Of a stretch of DNA of 64,000 nt, positions 29,801 to 39,349 are shown piece by piece (within the stretch, counting starts at the first letter, position 1; each line of letters starts with the position of its first letter). The stretch lies in NCBI GenBank assembly GCA_038249055.1, contig JBBRWS010000005.1, positions 1,822 through 65,821 on the forward strand. Reading direction: 5' to 3'. A program made the translations under genes and the position numbers. Source of the DNA: Minisyncoccia bacterium. GTDB lineage: Bacteria > Patescibacteriota > Minisyncoccia > Phycocordibacterales > UBA9973. Below the pieces are notes generated by a model. That model searched no databases. It was given only the letters and a program-made list of their open reading frames with translations, and had not been told where the DNA came from.

Positions 29801-30775
29801 CGCTCCGTTTACGCATGCTTTTTTAGAGGGAGTCACGTTAAATAAATTATTTAAAAATCTAGAGAAAGAATCAAAAAAAGTATTTGTAGCTCCACTGTTT
29901 CTTATTGTAATTCTACCACTACCCTCATTGGATATATTTTCATTTGCGATACCGAATACCGAACTTCCTGCGGTTGTTTTTATTATTGTAGGATTGAAAA
30001 GAGATACGCCATCACCTTTTTTAAGATCTTCACCTGCTTGAGCTATTATTTTTAAAGAATTACCAAAAAGATTTTCGTCTCCTGGAGAACCCCAAGCTCT
30101 TGTGTTGGGATTAAACAACCACTCTCCTCCACTAGGATTCAATGTCCAAACTTTTGTATTTGAATCATAAACCCAACCACCTGTTGGTGGTACAGGGACG
30201 GTCTCAGGTGAAACCCAGGCTCTAGCTGTTGAATCATAAACCCAACCTCCGCCAGTTGTACTTAGTGTCCATTTTCTTGTATCGGAACTGTATATCCATC
30301 CACCTACTGGCTGTGATGGAATACCTTGCGGTGCAATCCATTTTCCTGAATTAGAATTAAATACCCACTCTCCTTTGTTTGGATTAAGTGTCCATTCGCC
30401 TTTTCCTGGGTTAAATTTCCAACCCCCAATATTTAAGGTATTGTTATTTATTAAAATTTCCCCTTTATCATTATATTTTATGTCACTTAATGCAAAACCA
30501 AACACATCCGTGCCCCCGGTTGCTTTTATTACAATTGGATTTACTAGAGATACCTCATCCCCCTTTTTTATATCACCACCTGCTTTAGTTGTTATAGATA
30601 CACCTTTTGAGTTACTTGATGGTAACAAAGGAGAAAATATTTTAGCAATAGTGTTTGAAGTTTTTACACCAAAAATATCTCGATTTTTGATTAATAAATA
30701 TCCCAAAATCAAAAGAAATAGAATAACAATCAATGTTATTATTAGCGCTTTACTTTTTTTGGGTTTATTTTCCAT
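26801..30775 (-). CDS. Large membrane-anchored surface protein with Cys-rich repeats, Ig-like and CARDB-like domains
   Basis: 1324 aa; N-terminal TM; PDLTAG...Y.IRACAD...E.NENNNC; two I.WTSTN.TSC domains. Confidence 0.88.
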   Translation of the reverse strand: MENKPKKSKALIITLIVILFLLILGYLLIKNRDIFGVKTSNTIAKIFSPLLPSSNSKGVSITTKAGGDIKKGDEVSLVNPIVIKATGGTDVFGFALSDIKYNDKGEILINNNTLNIGGWKFNPGKGEWTLNPNKGEWVFNSNSGKWIAPQGIPSQPVGGWIYSSDTRKWTLSTTGGGWVYDSTARAWVSPETVPVPPTGGWVYDSNTKVWTLNPSGGEWLFNPNTRAWGSPGDENLFGNSLKIIAQAGEDLKKGDGVSLFNPTIIKTTAGSSVFGIANENISNEGSGRITIRNSGATNTFFDSFSRFLNNLFNVTPSKKACVNGAVNSPLCTIDSNNLCLNGANNPPNCTTVSRNLCLNETINPPLCTILVNGSCLNGTINPPLCTVGSDNKCINGTINPPLCTINSDNTCLNKANNPPLCDSILESECINGAINPPLCTIGSENKCVNGTINPPLCTITSDNKCINGTINPPICTVGSDNKCLNGATNPQLCTIGSDNKCLNGATNPQLCTIGSDNKCLNGATNPQLCTITSDNKCINGTINPPLCTITSDNKCLNGAINPEICNVGTDNKCINGTTNPPVCTTGPIDSNKCINGATNPPVCTTGPIDSNKCINGAINPPTCDDFGFGNKFPTVRVTASPSSVAPGASSTISWTSTNSTSCDAGTGRGSGTSGSFETGPLKDSNSYSVTCTGLNGSSNNSVYVFVTGGSNTFPTVKVTASPSSVALGASSTINWTSTNSTSCDAGTGRGTATAGSFETGPLTENTSYSVTCKGDLGSGAGFVNIFVSGFGETKYECNDKINNNDNDLLIDNADPECHVNGDLNKEYVAEHNSESTSPSGTEPDLTAGNVTPASSLINTQTTLSSTITNIGGGSTLKTFSSFFAITQSNPGTSSSSNSSSLVSLDVTIPIMSPKTSNTAKVSYKFTSAGTYYIRACADKKSAVDDGLITEVNENNNCGAWTTFTVTSSLPVPCLSPKITDTETKLCINKSDCKSPKIVIGDKCEVPGPCVSPMITDTETKACINKSDCKSPKIVIGDKCEVPGPCVSPMITDTETKACINKSDCKPPKVVNGDKCESGGANKCLLIEQNPLTFNDAEKAQLDILLRKFYLISSSLKTVEDISTIYNEIEQNTNFASQIDNLTKKCYLELNDNSGFNDFCSRNKDLCEANSGAEFAREANSNFVFNLGTNPYANGFTGIRHGNPWYTKGTNGSYPYKIADTDTDQFGYTEVGLLEPIYNASGRNVSCRVASGYFTGKTTDGIDCDTFNNFNIGNNEYSNCWAWGTGLKTGSEGGLPSNYYQNIDRGCKWVDSIDMNSTERILNIW
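27556..27863 (-). repeat. Approximately three 108-bp (36 aa) Cys-rich coding repeats
   Basis: PCVSPMITDTETKACINKSDCKSPKIVIGDKCEVPG; ggagaaacacaaggtccagg recurs at 27633 and 27741. Confidence 0.85.
28907..29815 (-). repeat. 17 tandem 54/60-bp coding repeats CxNGxxNPPxC
   Basis: Counted in translation; near-identical 54-bp units at 29183, 29237, 29291. Confidence 0.9.
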
Positions 30776-30801
30776 AATTTATTTAATATATTAACTATTT
30801 A

Positions 30802-33800
30802 TTATCTTCGATATCCACTACCACCACTAACAGATGTTCTTGTTCCACTAGTACCTGGATTTACATAACCAGGACAAGTTGGGTCGTTCTTGTCTGCTAA
30901 TCCATTTAAGTCATCATCTATTCCGTTAAAACATCTTTCAAAATCAACAGATATATTTGAAATAGAGCTTGCATCATAAACTTGAATATTTTCTTCAGCA
31001 AAACATTCCTTATATTCTTTTAAGTAGTCTTCCTTAGATAGAATTTTACCAGTAGTTACTAATTCATTTATACATGCGTAATATTCTCTATCACAAGCGA
31101 CAGTACCACGTTCATTTTCCATACACTCAGTTTTAGCATCTTCACATGTTGATGTTGCGGTTGAATTAATTTTATTTATTTGTAGTAATAAATTAGCATC
31201 GCGTCTGTTTTGAGCGGCCACAATTATTTTACTAACTTCAGTTCTAATAGATTCAAGTTTAGAAATATTTATTTTTGCCTGAGCGACAGAATCACTGTAT
31301 TCTTGTTTTGATTTATAAATCTCATTATCATAAAAGATAATGTCTTTTGTTAAATCATAACCACCTGCAGCCATTGGCATATATGATGGATTTTTATAAG
31401 TATTTGCGGGTTCAGATTCTACTTCAACGTATTCCTTAGTTACATTATTGAAATATAGTCTATTGATCATTTTATCAAATGAGTCATAAAACCCCTGGAA
31501 CAAGAAATTGTTTACATAATCTGTAAAGCTGTCTTTATATCTTGTCCTCAATTGTATTCTGTCGTCTTCATCTGAACTTAATTTAGAATTATTGTCGTAA
31601 GTATAACTTCCCCCACTAGCATCCCAAAATCTAGTAAAAGTCCATATCAAATTCCATTGAGATTTCCACCCAGTTAAAAGTGTTGCCCATACTTTTTGGT
31701 TATCTTTATAAATATTTTGCAAATTATCATATGTCCATTGACCAGGACCATCTATTTTTACTCCAAATCTTTTATTTGAGCTATCGATTGCACCCACAAA
31801 TATTGAACCAACCCAATTTTGATATGCACTTTGTGCCTCAGCTGAATTTGATTTGTAGCTTGGATTTGGGCCAGGAAGACAGTAATCTAACTCTCCTAGT
31901 TTTGGCATTACTGTGGGTAAAACTTTTAGTATTTCAGTTGCAGCAACTACATAATCTTGTTGTATTTGAATGACACCACGGTTTTTTATAGGACTAGGTT
32001 GTCCTTTTTTCCAGTTTTGCCACTCATATCCATTCCAGAAAGCTCTATCGCCAACTTGCCATCCGTTATATCCATTATCAACAATCTTTGTGTTTCCTGG
32101 AGTTGTTACTTCCCAATATATATTTGTAGATATTTGGTTTTTGTTGTCATCATATACTGGAGGCAGATAACCACTCATTATTTGATCAAATTTGTCTGTT
32201 CTATTTATACTAGAATTTGCATTCCAAGTTCCTGCTTTATATGTATTTTCGTGTATATAAGTATTTCCTAAATCTCTGGTTAAATTAAACCCATCATAAG
32301 CGCCGTTGTTATCATATGGAGTGTTTCCATCTAAACTAGTAAAACTATTTATGTTGTCAGTCCAATTTGATGTATTTTCTACTTTATCTGAAAGCCCAGA
32401 AAGACCACCACCTTCTAGTTTTGAAATTAAAATAGAAAATAAAGCATTTAGCGAGTCATTTATGGTTTTTGCAAGTTCGAGCTGGCGTTCTGGGGAGTTT
32501 AGATAATTGGTTGTCTTATCTCGGATAATGCTTCCTGGTGTTGTTATTTTCCAATCAACACACTTGTCGAAATTTGGAGTTGTTGTACTTTTTGTTGGTT
32601 TAAATACCGATGTGGTCATAGTTTTTAAACCAGCAGCGGCAGATTTGGCAGAGATGGATGGAGTTTCTTTAAGAGGGTCACCTTCTTTGTCGTACCACTG
32701 CCACAATATGCACTCCTTTTGACTTAAAAATCCATTATTTTCAGCGAGTTGAGATTTTTGTTCCGTAACCTGTTGGACTTGGGTGTTTGTTAAATATTGA
32801 TTAGCAAGCATACTAAAACCCAAAGGATTGTTTTGGTCTCTTTGTGTTAATGCCATATACCCATCCCAACCACCCACAGAAAAATCATTTTGAAAATTAT
32901 TGTTTGCTTGTTGAGCTCTTTGAAGAGCTGTTTGAGTATTGTCTACTTGGTTTAATTGATCATTTGAATAAAAAGATTTTGGGTCTGAAATAAAAGCTCC
33001 TAAATCAGATTGAAGTCCCCCAAGAAAACCAGAGGAACTTGCCCCCACTCCTAAATTGCTTCGACTACTTGTTATTTTTGTTTCAGCAAATTCTCTAGCA
33101 TATGGATTTCCAAAAGCTTTATCAAGAAGGATGTCTGTTCCTGTTTCGATTACATTTCTTTCAATACTATTTGTAAAATTACGCATATTTTGAACGAAGA
33201 AGGGGTTACCTCCATATCCAGAATTCACCCAATTCATTGCACTACGAGTCATAGCGGTAAGTTGATTCTTTGCAAGAGTAATAGCAATTCCATCTAAACA
33301 TTGCTCCTTTGTGGATGTTTCAGCTGCTTGCTCATTTGCCTTATTTAATTCTTGGATAGTTTCTTTGCTTGTTGCATCAACGGCAGCTTTACACGCGTCT
33401 TCTCCTCCAATTTTTAATTCTTCAAGCCCTGTTTTTAATGCAGTAACTAAATCATTAACAAAAGGAATTGAACCTACTCCTGCTTCAGCACCTGTCTTTA
33501 TTCCAGCACAGGCTGTTCTAAGTTGTTCCCTTGTTTTTTTTATTTTATCTGCAGCAGCAAGTGCTGTTTTTTTAGGAGATTGTATAAATTTAATCATCCA
33601 AGTTGAAACTTTGTTTACAATACCTGTACACCCAACAACGTTTGTAAGTAAGTTTGAATTTACAACATCACTAATTTTAAATTTGTATGGATTGCTGCCT
33701 CCTTGGTTTGGGTTAGAATAAAGGTCGGACATATTAGTGGCTGCATATGTAGGTAAAGCAAATTGAAAAATAGATACTATAAATACAAACATAATCAATC

Positions 33801-33834
33801 CTGAAATTATTTTTGTGATAGTTTGTTTATTCAT
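30802..33834 (-). CDS. Large secreted hypothetical protein of the secretion locus
   Basis: 1010 aa, signal peptide, NWVNSGY.GNP.FVQN, C.DW.ITTPG, C-terminal CFNGIDDD.NGL.D..DP.C. Confidence 0.85.
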   Translation of the reverse strand: MNKQTITKIISGLIMFVFIVSIFQFALPTYAATNMSDLYSNPNQGGSNPYKFKISDVVNSNLLTNVVGCTGIVNKVSTWMIKFIQSPKKTALAAADKIKKTREQLRTACAGIKTGAEAGVGSIPFVNDLVTALKTGLEELKIGGEDACKAAVDATSKETIQELNKANEQAAETSTKEQCLDGIAITLAKNQLTAMTRSAMNWVNSGYGGNPFFVQNMRNFTNSIERNVIETGTDILLDKAFGNPYAREFAETKITSSRSNLGVGASSSGFLGGLQSDLGAFISDPKSFYSNDQLNQVDNTQTALQRAQQANNNFQNDFSVGGWDGYMALTQRDQNNPLGFSMLANQYLTNTQVQQVTEQKSQLAENNGFLSQKECILWQWYDKEGDPLKETPSISAKSAAAGLKTMTTSVFKPTKSTTTPNFDKCVDWKITTPGSIIRDKTTNYLNSPERQLELAKTINDSLNALFSILISKLEGGGLSGLSDKVENTSNWTDNINSFTSLDGNTPYDNNGAYDGFNLTRDLGNTYIHENTYKAGTWNANSSINRTDKFDQIMSGYLPPVYDDNKNQISTNIYWEVTTPGNTKIVDNGYNGWQVGDRAFWNGYEWQNWKKGQPSPIKNRGVIQIQQDYVVAATEILKVLPTVMPKLGELDYCLPGPNPSYKSNSAEAQSAYQNWVGSIFVGAIDSSNKRFGVKIDGPGQWTYDNLQNIYKDNQKVWATLLTGWKSQWNLIWTFTRFWDASGGSYTYDNNSKLSSDEDDRIQLRTRYKDSFTDYVNNFLFQGFYDSFDKMINRLYFNNVTKEYVEVESEPANTYKNPSYMPMAAGGYDLTKDIIFYDNEIYKSKQEYSDSVAQAKINISKLESIRTEVSKIIVAAQNRRDANLLLQINKINSTATSTCEDAKTECMENERGTVACDREYYACINELVTTGKILSKEDYLKEYKECFAEENIQVYDASSISNISVDFERCFNGIDDDLNGLADKNDPTCPGYVNPGTSGTRTSVSGGSGYRR

Positions 33835-33869
33835 AAATAATTATTTATAGTATATCATTTTTATGTCTT

Positions 33870-34763
33870 TTATTGCAAAATTAAAGAAATTTTTTCTAGG
33901 TCAGAAGCAAGGGCGTCGCTATAATTCTTATAATTTAAAATTGCTTTCATTCCAAGAATTGGATCAGATAACACTTTTGATAAATCTAATATTGATTGAC
34001 CAGTTTTTTCATAATTATTTGCAGCACTTAAATGAGCAGGAATTAAAGATCTAGGAACAGATAATCCTATCATATTGTCACCAAAAGATTGATATGCACG
34101 AGCTACTGTAATTGCTGCATATAGTGCCTGTTCGTCTTGATTACTTATTCCCTGGATAATAAATGTTAGTTCACTGCCTATATCAGAATTAGAATATTTG
34201 CTTACAAGACCACCCAATTCATCATGATATGTGTTAAAAGATTCTTCTGAATCACTTACTACTGTTAGCATTTTTACTTCATACATATCAGGAATAGGAG
34301 TAGGTGAAACATTTTGTCCCAAAGCTTCTGAAACCGAGTTCATTGATTCCTCGTTTAATTCTCCTGTTTGTTGTAGTGAAATAATTGTTGCAAAAAATTG
34401 CCTAGAAAGTAAATCATTGTCGGTTATTGATTCTGAATCATCCATGTTTGTTATTATCCCATTTTGTTCAAGAGTTTTTTTCTTTGCTAGTATAAACTCT
34501 TTATTTTCGGGGCCACTTTTAGTAGGATCTAATCCCCATAAGTATTCCTCATAATCCGGAATACCATTTTTATTACTATCCTTTTGTGAAATACTTTCAG
34601 GAGTTCCAATAGTTAGTTTTATCGGTTCATTGTTTGTGGTATTTTTATTATTAAAAAAAGAAATTATTCCTCTAACTGTGAAAAATAAGATTATAATTAC
34701 AGCAATAATTAGGATTAATGTTATGAATTTTTTACTTGGAAGATAATTTTTATAATTATTCAT
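33870..34763 (-). CDS. Membrane-anchored protein with TSP3-like Ca-binding repeat
   Basis: N-terminal TM; DSNKNGIPDYEEYLWGLDP. Confidence 0.8.
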   Translation of the reverse strand: MNNYKNYLPSKKFITLILIIAVIIILFFTVRGIISFFNNKNTTNNEPIKLTIGTPESISQKDSNKNGIPDYEEYLWGLDPTKSGPENKEFILAKKKTLEQNGIITNMDDSESITDNDLLSRQFFATIISLQQTGELNEESMNSVSEALGQNVSPTPIPDMYEVKMLTVVSDSEESFNTYHDELGGLVSKYSNSDIGSELTFIIQGISNQDEQALYAAITVARAYQSFGDNMIGLSVPRSLIPAHLSAANNYEKTGQSILDLSKVLSDPILGMKAILNYKNYSDALASDLEKISLILQ

Positions 34764-34850
34764 ATTATGATTAGCTCTAGAAAAAATAAAGAAAAGTAGT
34801 AAATTTCAGAAGTTTTACTACTTGATTATACAACTTAATATTTAAATATC

Positions 34851-35711
34851 CTAAATATCTGTGGATAAATAGCGTGATATTTCAAGCCAAATTTCAAATT
34901 TTATATCTTCAGCGCGGGCTTTTGAGTTTATTTTTAATTTTTCAAAAATTTCATCTATTTGACCGGGGGTTTTTTGAAAAAATTCAAGATTTTTACGAAG
35001 AACTTTTCTTTTGTGCGCAAAACCCGCTTTAATTATATTAAAAAAGTTTTTTTCATCGTAATTATCCTTAAAATTAGCCTTAGAAATATTGGTTATTGCG
35101 ATAATTGCAGAATCCACCTTTGGTGCCGGGTTAAAAAATCTTTTGGCTACTTTCATCATATACTTTGGGGTTCCATAGGTTTTTACGCTTAAAGACAAGA
35201 TACTTTCTTTCCCGTTACGCGCAACAATACGCTCGGCAACCTCTTTTTGCACCAAAAGCACCATTGTTTTTGGTTGTTCTGTTGAAGATAAAAACTTTTT
35301 GAAGATTGCCCCCGTAATATTGTACGGGATGTTTGCAATTATTTTATATTGCCCACTTTTTAAACCATAATTTTTTACATCTATTTCTAAAATATCTCCA
35401 TTTATAAGTTCTAGTTTTCCGCTTTTTATTTCTGATGAAAATTTTTCTTTTAAAAAATCAAAGAGTTCCCTGTCTTTTTCTATTGCTAAAACTTTTTGAG
35501 CAACAAGGAGAAGTTTTGTTGTTAGTGCACCTTTACCGGGACCGATTTCGAGAACCACATCATGGTTGTTCACTTCTCCTGCTTCACACATTTTTTTAAG
35601 AGCAGGTTCAGATTTTAGAAAATTTTGTCCCAAAGACTTTTTAGCGTGAAAAGAAGAAGTTTCGTTGTGAAACTTTTTTATTTCAAATGACTTTTTTTCT
35701 TTGTGAAACAT
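34851..35711 (-). CDS. rsmA: 16S rRNA m6,2A dimethyltransferase
   Basis: KKSLGQNFL, VLEIGPG.G.LT, ANIPYNIT, QKEVAER, P.PKVDSA; ATG 35711 preferred. Confidence 0.97.
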   Translation of the reverse strand: MFHKEKKSFEIKKFHNETSSFHAKKSLGQNFLKSEPALKKMCEAGEVNNHDVVLEIGPGKGALTTKLLLVAQKVLAIEKDRELFDFLKEKFSSEIKSGKLELINGDILEIDVKNYGLKSGQYKIIANIPYNITGAIFKKFLSSTEQPKTMVLLVQKEVAERIVARNGKESILSLSVKTYGTPKYMMKVAKRFFNPAPKVDSAIIAITNISKANFKDNYDEKNFFNIIKAGFAHKRKVLRKNLEFFQKTPGQIDEIFEKLKINSKARAEDIKFEIWLEISRYLSTDI

Positions 35712-35732
35712 AATTATATAGTAGCACTTTTG

Positions 35733-35770
35733 GAGGTCCAACCTCAAATTGGCTTCGGAGGTTGTACCTC
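35733..35770. repeat. Inverted pair of short palindromes (REP-like)
   Basis: GAGGTCCAACCTC and GAGGTTGTACCTC 12 bp apart. Confidence 0.45.
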
Positions 35771-37719
35771 TATAAATAAACTATTTTTTCTCGGCCAGAA
35801 TTGTGTGCTTGTTCAAAGACCGTGAGATGTGCAGGAATGTCATAAATAAATTCACTGGGTTGATTTACTTGTTTCATTCCATAAATTGTACGGAGGGTGG
35901 CGTAAGATAAAAATAATTTTTCTCTTGCACGAGTGATGGCTACATAAAATAATCTTCTCTCTTCTTCTGTGTCCTCTTTTCTTTTCATACGATCTTTAAT
36001 ATGAGGAAAAAGATCTTGTTCTAATCCAGTAATAAAAACATATTTAAATTCTAATCCCTTTGAAGCATGAACAGTCATTAGTCTCACACCCCTACCTTTA
36101 TTTTCATGCATAAGTGTATCTTGATCACTTGATAAAGATGCATCTTCGAGAAGTTTTTCCATTCCTATTCCATCTGGTAAATTATCATATTTAATAGCTA
36201 GAGTTACTAATTCCATCATATTTTCCAAGCGTTCTTGCTCGTCTGTAGTACCATGAGATAATTCATCTTTTATTCCACTTTTTTCTATTACGTATCTAAT
36301 TGATTCCGAAGGTTTGTGTGTTTCTACATAATTATGAATATCATCAACTATTTTATAAAAATTATTAATTTTTTCTTGAGTACCACGTGGTAACTCATTC
36401 ATTTGGTTTGCAAAAAGTTTTGCAATTGTAACCTTACCTATTCCTCGAGCGGGAATATTTATTATTCTTTTAATGTCCGATAAACCCTCCTTGTTATAAG
36501 AGACACGTATATATGCAAGTACATCTTTAATCTCTTTACGTTCAAAAAACTTAACACCAAGAACTTGATAAGGAATTTGTTTATCAAGTAGTGCTTCTTC
36601 TATTACTCGGGATTGGAAGTTGGCACGATAAAGAATTGCAATATTTTCAGGGTCATTATTTTTTAATAATTCATCTATTTTTGATGCAACAAAAGAAGCT
36701 TCACTTTGTTCGTCAAAAGCTTCACAAATACTAATCTCTTCACCTGCGACATTTTCTGTAAATAAAATTTTAGGAACACGATATTGATTCTTTTCTATAA
36801 TACTATTTGCAGCCTCAATAATATTTTTTGTTGAACGATAATTTTGTTCTAATAAAATTATTTTTGCTGTAGGAAAATCTTTTTCAAAATGAAGCATGTT
36901 TTTAATATTTGCTCCACGCCAGCTATAAATGTTTTGGTCAGTATCACCAACAACACAAATATTTTCCTCTTTTCCTACTAATAGTTTTGTCATCTCATAT
37001 TGAACTTCATTTGTATCCTGATACTCATCAATATGAAGATACTTCCATCTAGCTTGATAGCGAAGTTTTACTTCCGGATATTTTTTTAGTATTAAAACAC
37101 TTTCAAGTAATAAATCATCAAAATCTAAAGCCTTTTCTTTTTTGAGCTGAGCTTCATAATCACGCCATATAACAGATACAATACTCTGCACTGCACTATT
37201 CACATTATCACTAAAAGTATCTACAGTTATAAAATCACCTTTTGATTTAGAAATAATAGATTTGATTTTTCTTGGCTCGTGTTGTTTTGGGTCAATGTCA
37301 CGCACCTTCATAATATTTTTAATAATACTCAAAGCACCACCTTCATCCATAATTGTAAAGTATTTATTTAATCCAATTAAATGAGAATTTTCTTTTATTA
37401 TATGCACCCCAAGAGAATGAAAAGTAGAGACAAATGGCACATTATCTGTATTACCAAAATTATCTTTTTTGATATCATTTCCATGAATTGGCTCGTTTAA
37501 CATAGTCATTATTCTATCCCGCATCTCCTTTGAAGCTTTATTTGTGAATGTTACTGCCAGAATGGACTGTGGATCTATTCCCTTGTGTATAAGGTGTATT
37601 ATTCGATGAGTTATTGTTTTAGTTTTTCCTGCCCCTGCTCCAGCTACAATTAAAAGTGGTCCTTCTGTGTAAAGAACGGCTTCTTTTTGTTTTTCATTTA
37701 AAGAATCAAGATATTTCAT
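35770..37719 (-). CDS. pcrA: ATP-dependent DNA helicase PcrA/UvrD
   Basis: AGAGAGKT, TFTNKA, IDEYQDTN, VGDTDQNIYSWRGA, LEQNYRST, HASKGLEF, EERRLFYVAITRA. Confidence 0.96.
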   Translation of the reverse strand: MKYLDSLNEKQKEAVLYTEGPLLIVAGAGAGKTKTITHRIIHLIHKGIDPQSILAVTFTNKASKEMRDRIMTMLNEPIHGNDIKKDNFGNTDNVPFVSTFHSLGVHIIKENSHLIGLNKYFTIMDEGGALSIIKNIMKVRDIDPKQHEPRKIKSIISKSKGDFITVDTFSDNVNSAVQSIVSVIWRDYEAQLKKEKALDFDDLLLESVLILKKYPEVKLRYQARWKYLHIDEYQDTNEVQYEMTKLLVGKEENICVVGDTDQNIYSWRGANIKNMLHFEKDFPTAKIILLEQNYRSTKNIIEAANSIIEKNQYRVPKILFTENVAGEEISICEAFDEQSEASFVASKIDELLKNNDPENIAILYRANFQSRVIEEALLDKQIPYQVLGVKFFERKEIKDVLAYIRVSYNKEGLSDIKRIINIPARGIGKVTIAKLFANQMNELPRGTQEKINNFYKIVDDIHNYVETHKPSESIRYVIEKSGIKDELSHGTTDEQERLENMMELVTLAIKYDNLPDGIGMEKLLEDASLSSDQDTLMHENKGRGVRLMTVHASKGLEFKYVFITGLEQDLFPHIKDRMKRKEDTEEERRLFYVAITRAREKLFLSYATLRTIYGMKQVNQPSEFIYDIPAHLTVFEQAHNSGREKIVYL

Positions 37720-38120
37720 GAGTAGTATTGTAGCATTTTATTTGTGAATTTAGTTTTGATTTAAAAATATTTTATTGCTTTACCCTTTTTTGAATTTTTG
37801 GCTAAATTTTTCATATGTGTTCTAATAAATAAACTGTGGATTACTTTATTGACTATGAAACTTATCTGAGATACCCTTATATGTAGGACCTCTAACAAGG
37901 GTTCTAAAGTACTGAAATCTCATAAAAAGCTTTATATTATAAGCTTTCTCAGAAAAGATTGTAACAATTATACTAACTTTACTTACAATTACAGCTCTCG
38001 CTTATAGCGGTCGCACTGTGATTCCTAATCGAGGGGTAGGATAGTACAATTACTTAACTTAGGCTTATTCAACAAAAAATAAAAGATTCTAAAGACAGTC
38101 CCTATAGAGGATATCTTAAG

Positions 38121-39233
38121 ATGAAAATATCGTTATTTTCCAAGCCTTATATCAATAAGGTCTATTCTTTTTTATTAATGATTACTTTGATGAGTGGTAC
38201 TCCTTTGTTCGCTAGTGCAAACTGGATTTCCGATTTTTTTACAGGAGAACAAGTCCAAGCTAGTGATGAAGTTGTGGATATAGATAATACCGGTACAGAT
38301 TCAAATTTACAAAATATGGACCTATTTAATTCTGAATCATCGGTTAATCCTGACAGAAAAAATATTGATGAACAAAAAGATAAAGTTATAGTTCAAGAAG
38401 ATTCTTTTATCTACAGTGATGGATTGTTTGGTTCAGATGTAAGTTTTGAGAAAAGTCCACTTTCTGACCAAATTAACGTCTATACAGTAAAAGAAGGCGA
38501 TACTATATCTGAGATAGCAGAATTATTTAACATATCTATAAATACTATCCGCTGGGAAAACAATATATCTGGTCAAAATATCTCAGTTGGACAGAAACTC
38601 AACATTCTACCAGTTACCGGTGTTAAATATATTATAAAAAGTGGTGATACTATAAGTAAAATAGCAGATATACATGAGGCGGAAACAGAGGATATTTATA
38701 TCTTTAATGATATAACAAAAGATAGTGTTCTTAAAAAAGGAGATGTCATCTTTGTGCCAAACGGTATTATTAAGCCAGTTGTTGTAAAGAAGACACCTTC
38801 TACTACTCCAAGTAAGGTATCCCCTTCAAATACTAAAATTCAATCAGGTTATTATATGAGGCCAGTTGTTGGAATTACCACCTCACCATATGGCTCAAGA
38901 CGTGGAGGATTCCATGCAGGAGTTGATATTGGGAACAAGAGAGGAACACCGGTAGTAGCTGCTGCTTCAGGTTTAGTTGTTAAGGTTGTAAGTGGTTGTG
39001 TAGAAGGAAGAACAAGTTGTGGTGGACGTTACGGAAATTATATTGAGATAGAACATTCAAATGGTACTAAAACCATTTATGCTCACCTAAGTAAGGTCTC
39101 TGTAAGGGTAGGCCAAACAGTTTCAGCAGGTTCACATATTGGTTCTCTCGGTAATACAGGTAGGTCTACCGGCCCACACCTACACTTTGAAATAGAAAAT
39201 TCAAATGGTTCAAAGATGAGACCTTCATTTTAA
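38121..39233 (+). CDS. LysM / M23 peptidase
   Basis: Two LysM domains; HAGVD, YAHL, STGPHLHFE. Confidence 0.95.
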   Translation: MKISLFSKPYINKVYSFLLMITLMSGTPLFASANWISDFFTGEQVQASDEVVDIDNTGTDSNLQNMDLFNSESSVNPDRKNIDEQKDKVIVQEDSFIYSDGLFGSDVSFEKSPLSDQINVYTVKEGDTISEIAELFNISINTIRWENNISGQNISVGQKLNILPVTGVKYIIKSGDTISKIADIHEAETEDIYIFNDITKDSVLKKGDVIFVPNGIIKPVVVKKTPSTTPSKVSPSNTKIQSGYYMRPVVGITTSPYGSRRGGFHAGVDIGNKRGTPVVAAASGLVVKVVSGCVEGRTSCGGRYGNYIEIEHSNGTKTIYAHLSKVSVRVGQTVSAGSHIGSLGNTGRSTGPHLHFEIENSNGSKMRPSF

Positions 39234-39255
39234 TTCTAAATTTTAAATACAAATA

Positions 39256-39287
39256 AATCCCCCGAAGTGAAGTCTCGGGGGATTTTG
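39256..39287. terminator. Terminator hairpin between convergent genes
   Basis: AAATCCCCCGA...TCGGGGGATTTT. Confidence 0.75.
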
Positions 39288-39349
39288 ATAGGGCTATCTC
39301 TTTGGTTGTGTTTTTGTCATAGAGGTTTATTTTCAACCTCAGACCTCTT

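Noticed and set aside
28907-29815. Regular repeats as a CRISPR array
   Set aside because: In-frame coding repeats with no unique spacers and no cas genes
27124-33721. Many alternative-frame and antisense ORFs in the track
   Set aside because: Shadows of the long minus-strand genes; no motifs
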